A stretch of 64,000 nt of DNA from the NCBI GenBank assembly GCA_023379265.1, contig JAMCUI010000009.1:100091-164090 (forward strand), read 5' to 3'. Under the pieces are notes generated by a model that worked only from the letters and a program-made list of their open reading frames with translations, searched no databases and had not been told where the DNA came from. The stretch comes from Patescibacteria group bacterium (GTDB lineage: Bacteria > Patescibacteriota > Microgenomatia > 2-02-FULL-39-11). The first letter of the stretch is position 1; each line of letters begins with the position of its first letter. Below, piece after piece: positions 36,620 to 46,124 of this stretch. Made by a program: the position numbers and the translations under genes.

Positions 36620-37552
36620 TCAATTTTCAGTGACAAAGAATTCAGACATGACGGGACTTTTTTGAGTCTGTACAGTAAGAGGAGGTATGTTCCAGGCTTT
36701 TTCTATAGTATGGAGTAGTGAATAATGATTGTAATATGTCTGTGATAAGTAATTCTTTTTGACATCTTTCCCTATAAAAATTGTAGGAATATGGTTTTTT
36801 CCAGATGTTTCCGCTTCGTCCCATGTCAATATTAAAAGAGAATTCTGATCATCAAACATAGGTGAATTCAGGATTTTATGTATCTGTATAGATAGCCATT
36901 TGTCTCCTTTATCTACGCCGCAGTAGTGCATGTCATTGCAGAGGTTTGGGCTTATCCATATAAAGTCGGGCGCGTTTTGGGGGTTTGCCAAATCATTTGA
37001 TAACGAAGCATACGGTACTATCTTGTCACATCTTTTTATATTTCTGAAGATGTCATAAAAATATACAAATGAGTTGTATTTGCGGGTATAGGGATATGAA
37101 CTTTTCAAAAAGCAGGAATTTGGAAGAGACTCAAAATATGCTTTCCATGTCTTATTGGCTTTTTCCAGCTGATCTATAAGATTGGTTTTGGATATAAAAC
37201 AATTGACACAGTCGGTCGTTATTCCAAACGTGGATCCGCCCAAAATAGCTAGATAGTTTGGTAGGCTAGGGTGAGAGATGGCATAATAATTTCCTGCAAG
37301 GCTTCCAGATTTTATGAGGTTGTTTATAAACGGGGCATTTTTACTTCCTACGATTTCATCATAGGATTTGTTTTCCATTACGATAAGAACTATATGGTCA
37401 AAGTGAGGAATGGTTGCTGTTGTTTCCTGTAGTTTATCAACTTTACTTTCACCGGCAAGATCAGAAAATGTATCAGCTGACAGCTTTAAGTTAATTATGA
37501 GAGCGGCAAAAATAAGTGTTGAGATAATAAAGTACAATAATTTTCTAGGCAT
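36620..37552 (-). CDS. Secreted phosphoesterase-family protein (PF04185), paralog of 29977..30909
   Basis: ...HIVLIVMENKSYDEIVG...HPSLPNYLAILGG... Same length (310 aa). Confidence 0.7.
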   Translation of the reverse strand: MPRKLLYFIISTLIFAALIINLKLSADTFSDLAGESKVDKLQETTATIPHFDHIVLIVMENKSYDEIVGSKNAPFINNLIKSGSLAGNYYAISHPSLPNYLAILGGSTFGITTDCVNCFISKTNLIDQLEKANKTWKAYFESLPNSCFLKSSYPYTRKYNSFVYFYDIFRNIKRCDKIVPYASLSNDLANPQNAPDFIWISPNLCNDMHYCGVDKGDKWLSIQIHKILNSPMFDDQNSLLILTWDEAETSGKNHIPTIFIGKDVKKNYLSQTYYNHYSLLHTIEKAWNIPPLTVQTQKSPVMSEFFVTEN

Positions 37553-37684
37553 ATCTTAGAATACCGAATTCAATAAATAAATTAAATGGTTGTATACAAT
37601 TTTATTATAATCGCAAATCCGTCTTTCTCAATCGTTGACAGTTGAGAAAACTGATAGTATATTGGTATCAGTTGATTAAAGACT

Positions 37685-38518
37685 ATGTTCACTACGGCAA
37701 TTATCGCGTTCAGGGAGTTTCTTGAAGCATTTTTGATAGTAGGTGTTTTTTTGGGAATATCAAAAAAACTGAAACTAAAAAGAGAGATGGAGATAGTGCT
37801 GGCAACACTTTTTGGCGTAGTACTTTCTCTTTTTCTTGCCAGTGTTACCTATATGGTGGGTGATAAGGCGAGGACAGTATTTACCGAGGAAAATGCCGAT
37901 ATTTTGGAAAGCTATCTTCTTGTCTTTTCCGGATTGTTTATAGCCTATGTAGTTTTTTCCTTACATAATGTAGTCAGGAGAGGTAGGAGACTTACGCTTC
38001 TAAAAGCGCATAATGAACTTTCGCAAGATGCGTTTGATGTATCACTTTTTTTTACCATAGTATTTCTAGTTCTTAGGGAAGGTTTTGAGACAGCCCTTTT
38101 TACCGCCAGTGTTTCTCTCTTTTCGGCATTTAGCCAAAATTTCATTGGGCTTTTACTGGGTTTTGCGGGTGCCACTATATGCGGGTTGGCCACCCTTGCA
38201 GCTTATATCAGATTTCCAATAGGCAAAGTATTCAAAGTTACAGAATATATGATAATCCTTTTGGGCGCATCTCTAACCCAGCATGGTTTAACACAAATGT
38301 TGGCGAAATATTTTCATTTAGATCTTTCAATAATTTTTTCCTTTAATTTGCAGTTTTTGCCAGGCGAGGATACGTTTATCGGGCATTTGCTTCAGGGATT
38401 TTTGGGGGTAGACAGGGGATTTAGCCTTCCCCGGCTTATCATTATGTTTGTATATTTTGCTGTAATTTATACACTTTTCGTCAGACAGAGGAAAAAAGTT
38501 ACCAAGGTTTACCACTGA
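37685..38518 (+). CDS. FTR1/EfeU-family iron permease
   Basis: Two REXXE motifs: AFREFLEAF near the N-terminus and VLREGFETALF in TM4. About 7 TM. Confidence 0.55.
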   Translation: MFTTAIIAFREFLEAFLIVGVFLGISKKLKLKREMEIVLATLFGVVLSLFLASVTYMVGDKARTVFTEENADILESYLLVFSGLFIAYVVFSLHNVVRRGRRLTLLKAHNELSQDAFDVSLFFTIVFLVLREGFETALFTASVSLFSAFSQNFIGLLLGFAGATICGLATLAAYIRFPIGKVFKVTEYMIILLGASLTQHGLTQMLAKYFHLDLSIIFSFNLQFLPGEDTFIGHLLQGFLGVDRGFSLPRLIIMFVYFAVIYTLFVRQRKKVTKVYH

Positions 38519-39062
38519 TTCTTATTGGACCAATTTCAAGATCCCGGTGTTTTACGGTAAGTGAAAAAAGGAAAAGTGAGGCAAGTGCTAATACTGCCAG
38601 GATAGTTGTGTGAGTGGCGACAAGAGTCAGAAGTTTTGTCTGCTGAGTAATTATTACAAGTGGATAAGCACAATAGGCCATCTGTAAAGTCATGGAAATC
38701 ATGTGCCAATATCCTCCAGCGTTGAATCGCCATGGTGAGGGCATAATCCACTCTTTCCAATGGGTAATAGACATGACGATATGAGTAGTGACCATAATAA
38801 CAAAACCTAAAACAAATGCCTGAATAATGTATTCCATAAGAGGTTTGGCGGATACGATAAAAAGGTATTTTAGAATAATTGTATCAATCATTCCGGCAAG
38901 TACAACATCCATTACAATTCCCCAGAAATTGCATCCCACAAATCCTGCTGTTCTTTTTTTGAAAAGCCCGAATTTGCCGGCATATATAAGAAGCGGAATA
39001 AGCCAGTTGAGTATTCCGGATAAAATAACAATAACTAGATACGGAAGAAGTCGGGTTGTCAT
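38499..39062 (-). CDS. Integral membrane protein of unknown function (5-6 TM)
   Basis: 187-aa hydrophobic ORF. Confidence 0.4.
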   Translation of the reverse strand: MTTRLLPYLVIVILSGILNWLIPLLIYAGKFGLFKKRTAGFVGCNFWGIVMDVVLAGMIDTIILKYLFIVSAKPLMEYIIQAFVLGFVIMVTTHIVMSITHWKEWIMPSPWRFNAGGYWHMISMTLQMAYCAYPLVIITQQTKLLTLVATHTTILAVLALASLFLFSLTVKHRDLEIGPIRISGKPW

Positions 39063-39170
39063 AAAAGAATATTAAAATATAATAAAAGATTTTTATCAAC
39101 GGTTTGTTTTTTCCCCTTTTTATAGAACTCATCTTGATACTCTGTTTTTAGCTTCAATTATATTATTCCT

Positions 39171-39851
39171 TCAAGCCTGAGAATGAGATTTTGAGATAGC
39201 TTCTAGCAGTCCGTCTGAAAGCCATATGACGCGGTGGACATACTTTTTATCTTCTGGCTCATGGGTGACCATGACAATTGTCTGTTTTAAGTCTTTGTTT
39301 AAGCGTTTGAAAAGCGATAGTACTGTTTTGGCTGAAGTCGAGTCAAGATTGGCCGTTGGTTCGTCAGCAAGAAGTGCAATAGGGTTATTTATAAGCGCCC
39401 GGGCGATAGCCACTCTCTGTTGTTCACCTCCTGAGAGCTCTGAAGGATAATGGTCCAGCCTGTCTCCCAGACCTACTAGTCGTAAAAGTTCGGCCGCCCT
39501 TTCCTTATCAGGTATCCCTTTTAGGGCCATTGATGGCAGATAAACATTTTCCAGAGCAGAAAACTCCGCAATCAGCGCGTATTCCTGGAACACATATCCG
39601 AGCTGACTTAGACGGAATTTTGTTTTTTCTTCATCTGAGAGAGCTATAACATCTTTTTTATTTATGAAAAGCTTCCCGCCTGTGGGCCGGTCCAAAAGTC
39701 CAAGTTGGTGAAGAAGTGTGGATTTGCCTGAACCGCTTCTGCCCATGACGGCTACAAATTCACCTCTTTGTATTTCAAAAGTTACGCCCTTTAGGGCAGG
39801 GGTCGGGACTTTTCCCGGATATGTCTTTTTCAGATTTTCGGCTTTAATCAT
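39171..39851 (-). CDS. ABC transporter ATP-binding protein (MacB/LolD-type)
   Basis: Walker A GRSGSGKST, signature LSGGEQQRVAIARAL, Walker B LLADEPTANLD. Confidence 0.9.
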   Translation of the reverse strand: MIKAENLKKTYPGKVPTPALKGVTFEIQRGEFVAVMGRSGSGKSTLLHQLGLLDRPTGGKLFINKKDVIALSDEEKTKFRLSQLGYVFQEYALIAEFSALENVYLPSMALKGIPDKERAAELLRLVGLGDRLDHYPSELSGGEQQRVAIARALINNPIALLADEPTANLDSTSAKTVLSLFKRLNKDLKQTIVMVTHEPEDKKYVHRVIWLSDGLLEAISKSHSQA

Positions 39852-39855
39852 GATT

Positions 39856-41106
39856 TTACCCCCAAATTGCTTTTAATATATCTTTTTTGGCTACTATGCG
39901 GGACGGCACAAATCCGGCAAGAATACCTGCAGCTATAAGGCTTATTGTTCCGGCTATTACTTCTACAGACCGGTGGTTAAGGGACAGATAGCCAAAATCC
40001 ACATTTATCGGGTAGCGGGCCAAAAGTGGTGTCAGAATGCCAAAGACAAGAAAAGCTCCGGCAAGAGTCCCGCATATGGCAAAAAAGAAAGATTGAAAAA
40101 CATAGGAAAGAATGATAATTCTTTGTCTTATACCTATGGCTTTGAGTATGCCTATTTGCCTGCTTTTGTTTATAGCGTTTATATAGACAATTACAAAGAT
40201 GGTGATTGAGGCGACAAGGACGGAAATGGCACTGACAATAAAGGATATGAGGTTTAACGCATTCATAAATGCAGCGACAGTACCTAAAATATCCAGATAA
40301 TTCTGGACTTTAAGTGTCGGTAGAAGAGCTTTGATATCGTTTTCATAACCAGCTAGAGTGCCGCGTGAAAGATCGACTTTGACTAGAATCTGTGAAGCGT
40401 TGTTAAATACATTCAGGACTGATTCTGCTTCACGGGCGGAAATAAAAGTTTCAAATATACCCAAAGTATCATCATATATGCCTTTGACCGTATATGTTTT
40501 TATAATCCCGTTTGAATAGGTAATTTGCACTTTGTCTCCTACTCTTACCCCTCCCAAATCGCTTGGTGCGGGGATACCATAGCCTCCGGCAAGAGCTGAG
40601 GAGAGAACTATCTGGTCTGTATCCTCAGGTGAGAGAAACTGTCCATCTTTGAGGAGTTTATTTACCGTAAGTACTTCTTTTTCCTGGTTGGGGTCTATAC
40701 CTACGATGGTGCCTGATACGCTTTTGACTACACCGTTTTTATCCTTATCGAATGTGATGGAACCAGCCAGATTGTAATGGCGGGCGGTGGCGATAACTCC
40801 GGGTACGGATTGTATTTCCTGTCTTACCTGATCCTGGTTTACAATGAATTGTTTTGGTTGAGGTTCTTGTTCAGGTCCAACTGTAATGTGTGAAGTGAGA
40901 ACATCAATCATGGTGGTTTCAAACATTTTTTGGAGACCTGAAAGAATGCCTGAGATAAACATCATATTCAGGTATGAAAGCGCCAGTATGAAAACCAAAA
41001 GTGCAAGAGTGGATTTACTGCCTCTTACAACCGATTTATAAGCTATAAACAATGCAGTTTTGATATCTCTCATGGAGATTGTTGATATGAGGCGGGACCC
41101 TATCAT
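39856..41106 (-). CDS. ABC transporter permease, FtsX/MacB-like
   Basis: 416 aa. N-terminal TM, extracytoplasmic domain, C-terminal FtsX 3-TM bundle. Confidence 0.75.
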   Translation of the reverse strand: MIGSRLISTISMRDIKTALFIAYKSVVRGSKSTLALLVFILALSYLNMMFISGILSGLQKMFETTMIDVLTSHITVGPEQEPQPKQFIVNQDQVRQEIQSVPGVIATARHYNLAGSITFDKDKNGVVKSVSGTIVGIDPNQEKEVLTVNKLLKDGQFLSPEDTDQIVLSSALAGGYGIPAPSDLGGVRVGDKVQITYSNGIIKTYTVKGIYDDTLGIFETFISAREAESVLNVFNNASQILVKVDLSRGTLAGYENDIKALLPTLKVQNYLDILGTVAAFMNALNLISFIVSAISVLVASITIFVIVYINAINKSRQIGILKAIGIRQRIIILSYVFQSFFFAICGTLAGAFLVFGILTPLLARYPINVDFGYLSLNHRSVEVIAGTISLIAAGILAGFVPSRIVAKKDILKAIWG

Positions 41107-41237
41107 TCACTTCTCCCAAATTTCGCTTCAAAATCCACTAAAAAATTTAGCGTAATTTTAGTATCAAGACCATGAAACTATGTTTGGGATCCGTCGCTTA
41201 TGCCACCCCACTTCGTAATATTAATTCTTTTTATATA

Positions 41238-42383
41238 TCATTGTGGTACGACTATTTGGTCTCCGGCGGACAGACCATATGTGACTTCACTTTTTGTCAG
41301 TCCTCTGAGGCCCAGTTTTACCTCTATCAGTTTGTTACCATGGTTTGCTTTTTCCACGTACGTTTTTTCGTCATTTGTGGTAATTGCGTTATTGGGTACA
41401 GTAAGGATATTTGATTTGTCGGCTATAATTATGGTTACAGAGGCAGTCATATTAGGTTTGACATCTGGGGAAAGCTTATCCGCCGATATGCGTATGTTGT
41501 ACGTTACTGATCCCTGTATTTTTGTTCCAACAGTATCAATTCCAGTTACGGTTCCGGTAAATTTCTGGTCGGGAAGCGCATCAAAAACTATTTCTGCCAG
41601 CTGTCCGATTTTTATCTTGGGTATGTTGACTTCATTGAGTGAAGCATATAGGTATGGATTTTCCAGATTGGCAATTACAAGGACTGGTGAAGTAGCCAAT
41701 GATGAAATTTGATCACCATTTTTCACCAGTAAGTTGGTGACTGAACCGGAAATCGGAGCATTTACCGTGACACTTTGCGTCTCATTGTACGTCTGTAGGC
41801 TGGATGAGAGGGCCGCCTGATCTTTTGCCAGGACACTTTGCTGATTTTTGTAATTGGCTTCCGCGGCTAACCAATCATCCTGAGCAGTGGTAAACTCAGG
41901 GAGTACTCTATTGATTGATTTGGGAGAACCGTCGGAATTCTGGTAAGTGGAGTTTTCCGCTAAATCAGTAAATTTCTTCCAGGCGGCATACATAGTTGAC
42001 TGTAGAGTATAAAGCTCAGCAGTATCAGCATCCAATGTGGATTTGTCAGCTAAATATGCGGCATACGCGGCTTTTTTTTCTTTGTCAGTAGCCGTGCTTT
42101 CCACATTAAATAGTGGGTTACCTTTTTTCACGTTCTGATTATTATCCACGTAAAGCCCGGTAATAATGCCGTTGGTTGGAGAAGAGATAGATGTTTGTGA
42201 AGAAATGGTATATGTAGCATTTGCCAGTACGCTGGTTTGGAGATTTTCTCGTTTTAAGGTATAGACTGAATCAGTTTGAGCAGGTCGTAAAAGAATTACC
42301 ATTACAATGATAAAGAGGAGGACAAAAATTCCCAAAATTAGATACCATTTTTTTGACTTTAGAAAAGAGACGGTTCTGGCCAT
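41238..42383 (-). CDS. HlyD/MacA-like periplasmic adaptor
   Basis: TM YLILGIFVLLFIIVMVILL, coiled-coil and beta-barrel regions. Start placed at internal Met (MARTVSF...). The longer ORF to 42569 would run through the promoter and leader of the divergent RRM gene. Confidence 0.65.
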   Translation of the reverse strand: MARTVSFLKSKKWYLILGIFVLLFIIVMVILLRPAQTDSVYTLKRENLQTSVLANATYTISSQTSISSPTNGIITGLYVDNNQNVKKGNPLFNVESTATDKEKKAAYAAYLADKSTLDADTAELYTLQSTMYAAWKKFTDLAENSTYQNSDGSPKSINRVLPEFTTAQDDWLAAEANYKNQQSVLAKDQAALSSSLQTYNETQSVTVNAPISGSVTNLLVKNGDQISSLATSPVLVIANLENPYLYASLNEVNIPKIKIGQLAEIVFDALPDQKFTGTVTGIDTVGTKIQGSVTYNIRISADKLSPDVKPNMTASVTIIIADKSNILTVPNNAITTNDEKTYVEKANHGNKLIEVKLGLRGLTKSEVTYGLSAGDQIVVPQ

Positions 42384-42460
42384 ATTTATTATCTTAACAT
42401 GAATATTATTATATTGAATTAGATCTAAGTGAAAAAGCGTGGTTTCAATACTATCCTTTG

Positions 42461-42489
42461 TTGTTTTATGTTGCAGAATATGATATAAT
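42461..42489 (+). promoter_or_regulatory. Sigma-70 promoter with extended -10 (TTGTTT-17-TGaTATAAT) for the RRM gene leader
   Basis: TATAAT at 42484-42489, preceded by TG. Leader element starts 9 nt downstream. Confidence 0.45.
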
Positions 42490-42497
42490 GCGTCTAT

Positions 42498-42627
42498 AAA
42501 CAGATTTAAGCCAATAGATCTGTTTAGATCAGAATTTGTTTTAAGCAAGCCAAAGATAAAGATACTCAATTCATATTTCTTTTTTTCGTATCTTTTCCTC
42601 TTCTTATTTCATCTCTCATTTAAACAG
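42498..42627 (+). promoter_or_regulatory. Conserved leader element, copy B (same two hairpins and blocks as 23730-23852)
   Basis: Hairpin 1 AAACAGAT-n12-ATCTGTTT (42498-42525). Hairpin 2 AAAGATAC-n22-GTATCTTT (42558-42595). Blocks CTGTTTAGATCAGAaTTTGTTTTAAGCA and TCATTTAAACAG. Confidence 0.55.
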
Positions 42628-42844
42628 CTATATTTGCTTAAGTCGCGGAAGTAATATCATAATCAGTATTCGGCTGAAAGAATAAATAGGCGAATAGATA
42701 CCTGTAGAGTCACTTTTTTACAGACTTACAATTGGTTTCAGTTTTAGTACCGTTTTTCTTTTGGTTGTTTGATATAATTTTGCTTCTGAAATTATTAATT
42801 ATTTCTTATCCTTTTTAAGGATAAGAGTAAAAGGAGTTATCAAA

Positions 42845-43174
42845 ATGGCAAAGAACCTTTTTGTAGGAAGTCTTCCCTTCTCAGTTACTGAAGACGCGGT
42901 CGGACAACTGTTTGCAAAATACGGACAGGTACAGTCAGTCAATGTAATAAAGGACAAATATACCGGTAAAAGCCGTGGATTTGGCTTTGTGGAAATGAGT
43001 ACGGAGGAGGAAGCACAAAAAGCCATACAAGGCCTCAATAACTATAACCTTGAGGGCAGAAATATAATCGTCAAGGAAGCCTTACCAAAGCCGACTTATA
43101 CGGATGGCAGAGGAAGTGATAGTAGAGGTAGACGAAGTTTCGGCTTTGGCGGCAGACCTCAGAGAAGGTATTAA
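42845..43174 (+). CDS. RRM-type RNA-binding protein with Arg/Gly-rich tail
   Basis: RNP-2 LFVGSL. RNP-1 RGFGFVEM. C-terminal GRGSDSRGRRSFGFGGRPQRR. Confidence 0.85.
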   Translation: MAKNLFVGSLPFSVTEDAVGQLFAKYGQVQSVNVIKDKYTGKSRGFGFVEMSTEEEAQKAIQGLNNYNLEGRNIIVKEALPKPTYTDGRGSDSRGRRSFGFGGRPQRRY

Positions 43175-43198
43175 ACCTTGTCAATAGAGTAGGGGATT

Positions 43199-44518
43199 TT
43201 ATGAAGTCAGGAAATAGCGGAATTTGCGCCTCATCAGGAATTTGGATAGGAAGCTCATTTTTCTTATTTCATTTACTACCATTGTCGATTCTTTTCTGAA
43301 TTCATAATCTTTTTCCACTATTTCAGGGTTTACTTGTAGAGCAATATTGTTAAACCCTAATAGTCTTATGCCTGAGAGAGACCGTACTCGGGACAGAGCT
43401 ACATAGCCCATACCCAGTAGGAAGGATTTTGTGAGGTCTATCTCAGCTGCGGAAAGCGTCATTCCCTGGCTTTTATGGACTGTTATGGCCCATGCCAATC
43501 TCAGAGGGATTTGGGATACCTCAGCTCGTGTTTTGTTATTCTCGGTTATTGTCCATTTGGCATATTCCACATTTATCTTTTTACCGTCAGCAGTCTTGAC
43601 GATAGGATTTCTGTCACTATCAAACCCTTCGACTTTTCCTAAAGTTCCATTTACGTATCCTTTTTCGAAATTATTACGGACAAACATGATAAGCGCACCC
43701 TTTTTTAAGACCAGATTTTCCGGTGCAAGGCATGATCTTTTGATCATTGCTACAAGCCCTTCTTCACCCATACTGTACATAGTATATGACTGGGATTCCT
43801 CTGGGATCTTCTCAAGTTCAGAATTGTTTATGGCGTCTACGTCAATATTGTGGGTATAAAGCTTAGTTGGGGTAATACTTCTATCAATTTCGCCTGTTTG
43901 CACTTTGTTTTCAAGGATGGATAAAATTTCCGGCGTGATATCGTTTTCCCTTATGGCATTTAGTATTTTCAGAAGAGCTGTATCTTTCTGCCTATATGAT
44001 ACGCCAAGGTAGCAGATTTTTAGATCCATTTTTGACCAGACGCGGGATTTGAATATAAAATCTGCTTCTACTCTGTTTTGACTGTATGGAGGAAGCTGGA
44101 AAAAATCTCCTGAAAGGACTATTTGTATACCGCCAAACGGAGCGTCAGTCTTTCGCGCGCTTTTAAGTATCGTGTCAAGCATGTCTAGTTTTGCGGCATG
44201 GAGCATTGAAACTTCATCAATAATGAGAACTTTGGTCGTGGTAAATCGGTCACGAAGGTAACGCTTGCTGAGGATCTCTTGTAGGTCTTTATCTGTAAGA
44301 TGATCCTTGAGGCCGATGCCGGACCACGAATCGATGGTAATGCCGTCCATGTGTGTTGCGGCGATGCCTGTAGAGGCAGTGATGCCAACGGATGCGTTTT
44401 TTGACTGAAGAAATTTTATGTATTTGTTAAGAAGATGCGTTTTTCCTGATCCTGCAGGTCCTGTGATATAGATGTTGTATCCCAGTTTTAATAAGTCAAA
44501 AGCTTCGTTTTGAGTCAT
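43199..44518 (-). CDS. PIF1/RecD-like ATP-dependent DNA helicase (AAA_30 + UvrD_C_2)
   Basis: Walker A GPAGSGKTH, motif II LIIDEVSM, C-terminal ...TVHKSQGMT... Confidence 0.8.
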   Translation of the reverse strand: MTQNEAFDLLKLGYNIYITGPAGSGKTHLLNKYIKFLQSKNASVGITASTGIAATHMDGITIDSWSGIGLKDHLTDKDLQEILSKRYLRDRFTTTKVLIIDEVSMLHAAKLDMLDTILKSARKTDAPFGGIQIVLSGDFFQLPPYSQNRVEADFIFKSRVWSKMDLKICYLGVSYRQKDTALLKILNAIRENDITPEILSILENKVQTGEIDRSITPTKLYTHNIDVDAINNSELEKIPEESQSYTMYSMGEEGLVAMIKRSCLAPENLVLKKGALIMFVRNNFEKGYVNGTLGKVEGFDSDRNPIVKTADGKKINVEYAKWTITENNKTRAEVSQIPLRLAWAITVHKSQGMTLSAAEIDLTKSFLLGMGYVALSRVRSLSGIRLLGFNNIALQVNPEIVEKDYEFRKESTMVVNEIRKMSFLSKFLMRRKFRYFLTS

Positions 44519-44654
44519 ATAACCTTCTTATTATATGTTTATTGTACTTAAAATCATATATTTACTCTTCCTACTGCATCCCGTTTTTTCGGGATAAGTG
44601 TAGAAGGGTATATGCTAATTGCAGTTTCAAACGTAAGAAGTATAATTAATTTCC

Positions 44655-45200
44655 ATGAGCAAACATATAGTGGTTTTTGCTGCCAATGAATGCAAAAAAG
44701 AGAAGGAAAACCTTTATTATTCCATGGCTTATGAAACCGGAAAACTTTTAGCACAGGAAGGGTTTATTACGGTGACTGGTGGAGGGCCGGGGCTTATGAA
44801 TGAGACTATGCGCGGAGCTTTTGAAAATGGCGGCAGAACAATCGGATTTTGCCTGAATGTAAAAGGACGGGAACACAGTATCTATTTGTCCGAAAAGAGA
44901 ATGTATTATGATTTGCGTAAGAGACAGAGGGAGTTGATGGATATAGGGGACGGGTTTCTGGCTCTTCCCGGCGGTTTGGGTACAATTTATGAAATATCTG
45001 GGGTGCTGGCGCTAAAAAGGAAAGGCGAGATTTCACCTGATAGACCCATGATACTTATTGACACTATCTACAAAAATCTGGAAAAGCTGTTTCATAGTCT
45101 GCAGGAAGAAGGATTGATAGGACATGATTTATCGTCTCTTTACCGTATGGTTCAAAATCCAATGCAAGCTATAGAGTTATTGAAAGGGAGTTTCTCATGA
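44655..45200 (+). CDS. LOG-family protein (TIGR00730; cytokinin riboside 5'-monophosphate phosphoribohydrolase-like)
   Basis: ...VTGGGPGLMNETMRGAFENGGRTIGF... and ...LALPGGLGTIYEI... Confidence 0.75.
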   Translation: MSKHIVVFAANECKKEKENLYYSMAYETGKLLAQEGFITVTGGGPGLMNETMRGAFENGGRTIGFCLNVKGREHSIYLSEKRMYYDLRKRQRELMDIGDGFLALPGGLGTIYEISGVLALKRKGEISPDRPMILIDTIYKNLEKLFHSLQEEGLIGHDLSSLYRMVQNPMQAIELLKGSFS

Positions 45201-45958
45201 ATTATAAGGCGGTTATTGCAGATGTAGACGGCACTCTATTTCCTCCTTCGGAAGTTCCTTCTCCAAAACCGTCAGAAAGCCTAATTGAAGCTGTAAAAAA
45301 AGTTCAGGATAGAGGAGTATCTTTTAGTATCGCTTCAGGTCGGTCTCTTCCATGGGTGCGTGAAATAATAAACGGGTTTAATTTACATTCACCGATAATC
45401 CTGGACAACGGTGCAAAAATTTATGATTGTTCTAAAAAAGAATATGTTTGGGAGTCGTATATATCCAAAAATACTGCACAAAAGATAGTACATGAGTTGA
45501 TCGCAGACAAATCGCTAAATGTCATTGTGGCAGACGGTGAGGAAAGGGTGACTGATCCTCTAAAGATAATAAACTGGAAAATAAGTAAAATATTGGTTTT
45601 AGGTGTGACGCCACAAAAAGCTGAGGATCTATGTCAAAGTCTGAAGAAGTTTACAGATATTCACGTGACAAAAAGTATTTCAGGGACAGGAGAGAGGAGT
45701 CAGTCAATACATGTGACTAATTTTGATGCTACAAAACAGACTGCTGTTGCTAAGCTTTTGGATTTCCTGCATATTACTCAAGACGAAGTAGTTGGGATTG
45801 GTGACAGTTATAACGATTTTCCTCTTCTTATGGCTTGTGGACTGAAAGTGGCAATGGGAAATGCGGTGGAGGATCTCAAAGCGATAGCCGATTATATTGC
45901 TCCGACTTATGCAGAAGATGGAGTGGCTAAAGTATTGAAAAAATTTATTTTAAAGTAA
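45197..45958 (+). CDS. HAD-superfamily hydrolase, Cof-type (IIB)
   Basis: Motif I ADVDGTL. Motif IV GIGDSYNDFPLL. Confidence 0.8.
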   Translation: MNYKAVIADVDGTLFPPSEVPSPKPSESLIEAVKKVQDRGVSFSIASGRSLPWVREIINGFNLHSPIILDNGAKIYDCSKKEYVWESYISKNTAQKIVHELIADKSLNVIVADGEERVTDPLKIINWKISKILVLGVTPQKAEDLCQSLKKFTDIHVTKSISGTGERSQSIHVTNFDATKQTAVAKLLDFLHITQDEVVGIGDSYNDFPLLMACGLKVAMGNAVEDLKAIADYIAPTYAEDGVAKVLKKFILK

Positions 45959-46124
45959 TTAACAGGTTTTAGGCAATGAAACGTAATTCAGAATGTCATA
46001 CCGAATCGGTTTCGGCATCCCCTCCTAAATATAACGGGATCCTGAAATCACCGCCATCAGGCGGTATCCTCTCTGAGGCGGGGCAAGTTCAAGATGACAG
46101 AGAGATACTTAAATTAGTAAATAT

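Noticed and set aside
41172-41712. Plus-strand ORFs 41172..41414 and 41200..41712
   Set aside because: Antisense to the HlyD-family gene. No RBS or motifs.
42384-42569. Upstream 62 codons of the long HlyD ORF (41238..42569)
   Set aside because: This region contains the promoter and leader hairpin 1 of the divergent RRM gene. An internal Met (42383) followed by a TM helix gives a conventional adaptor N-terminus.
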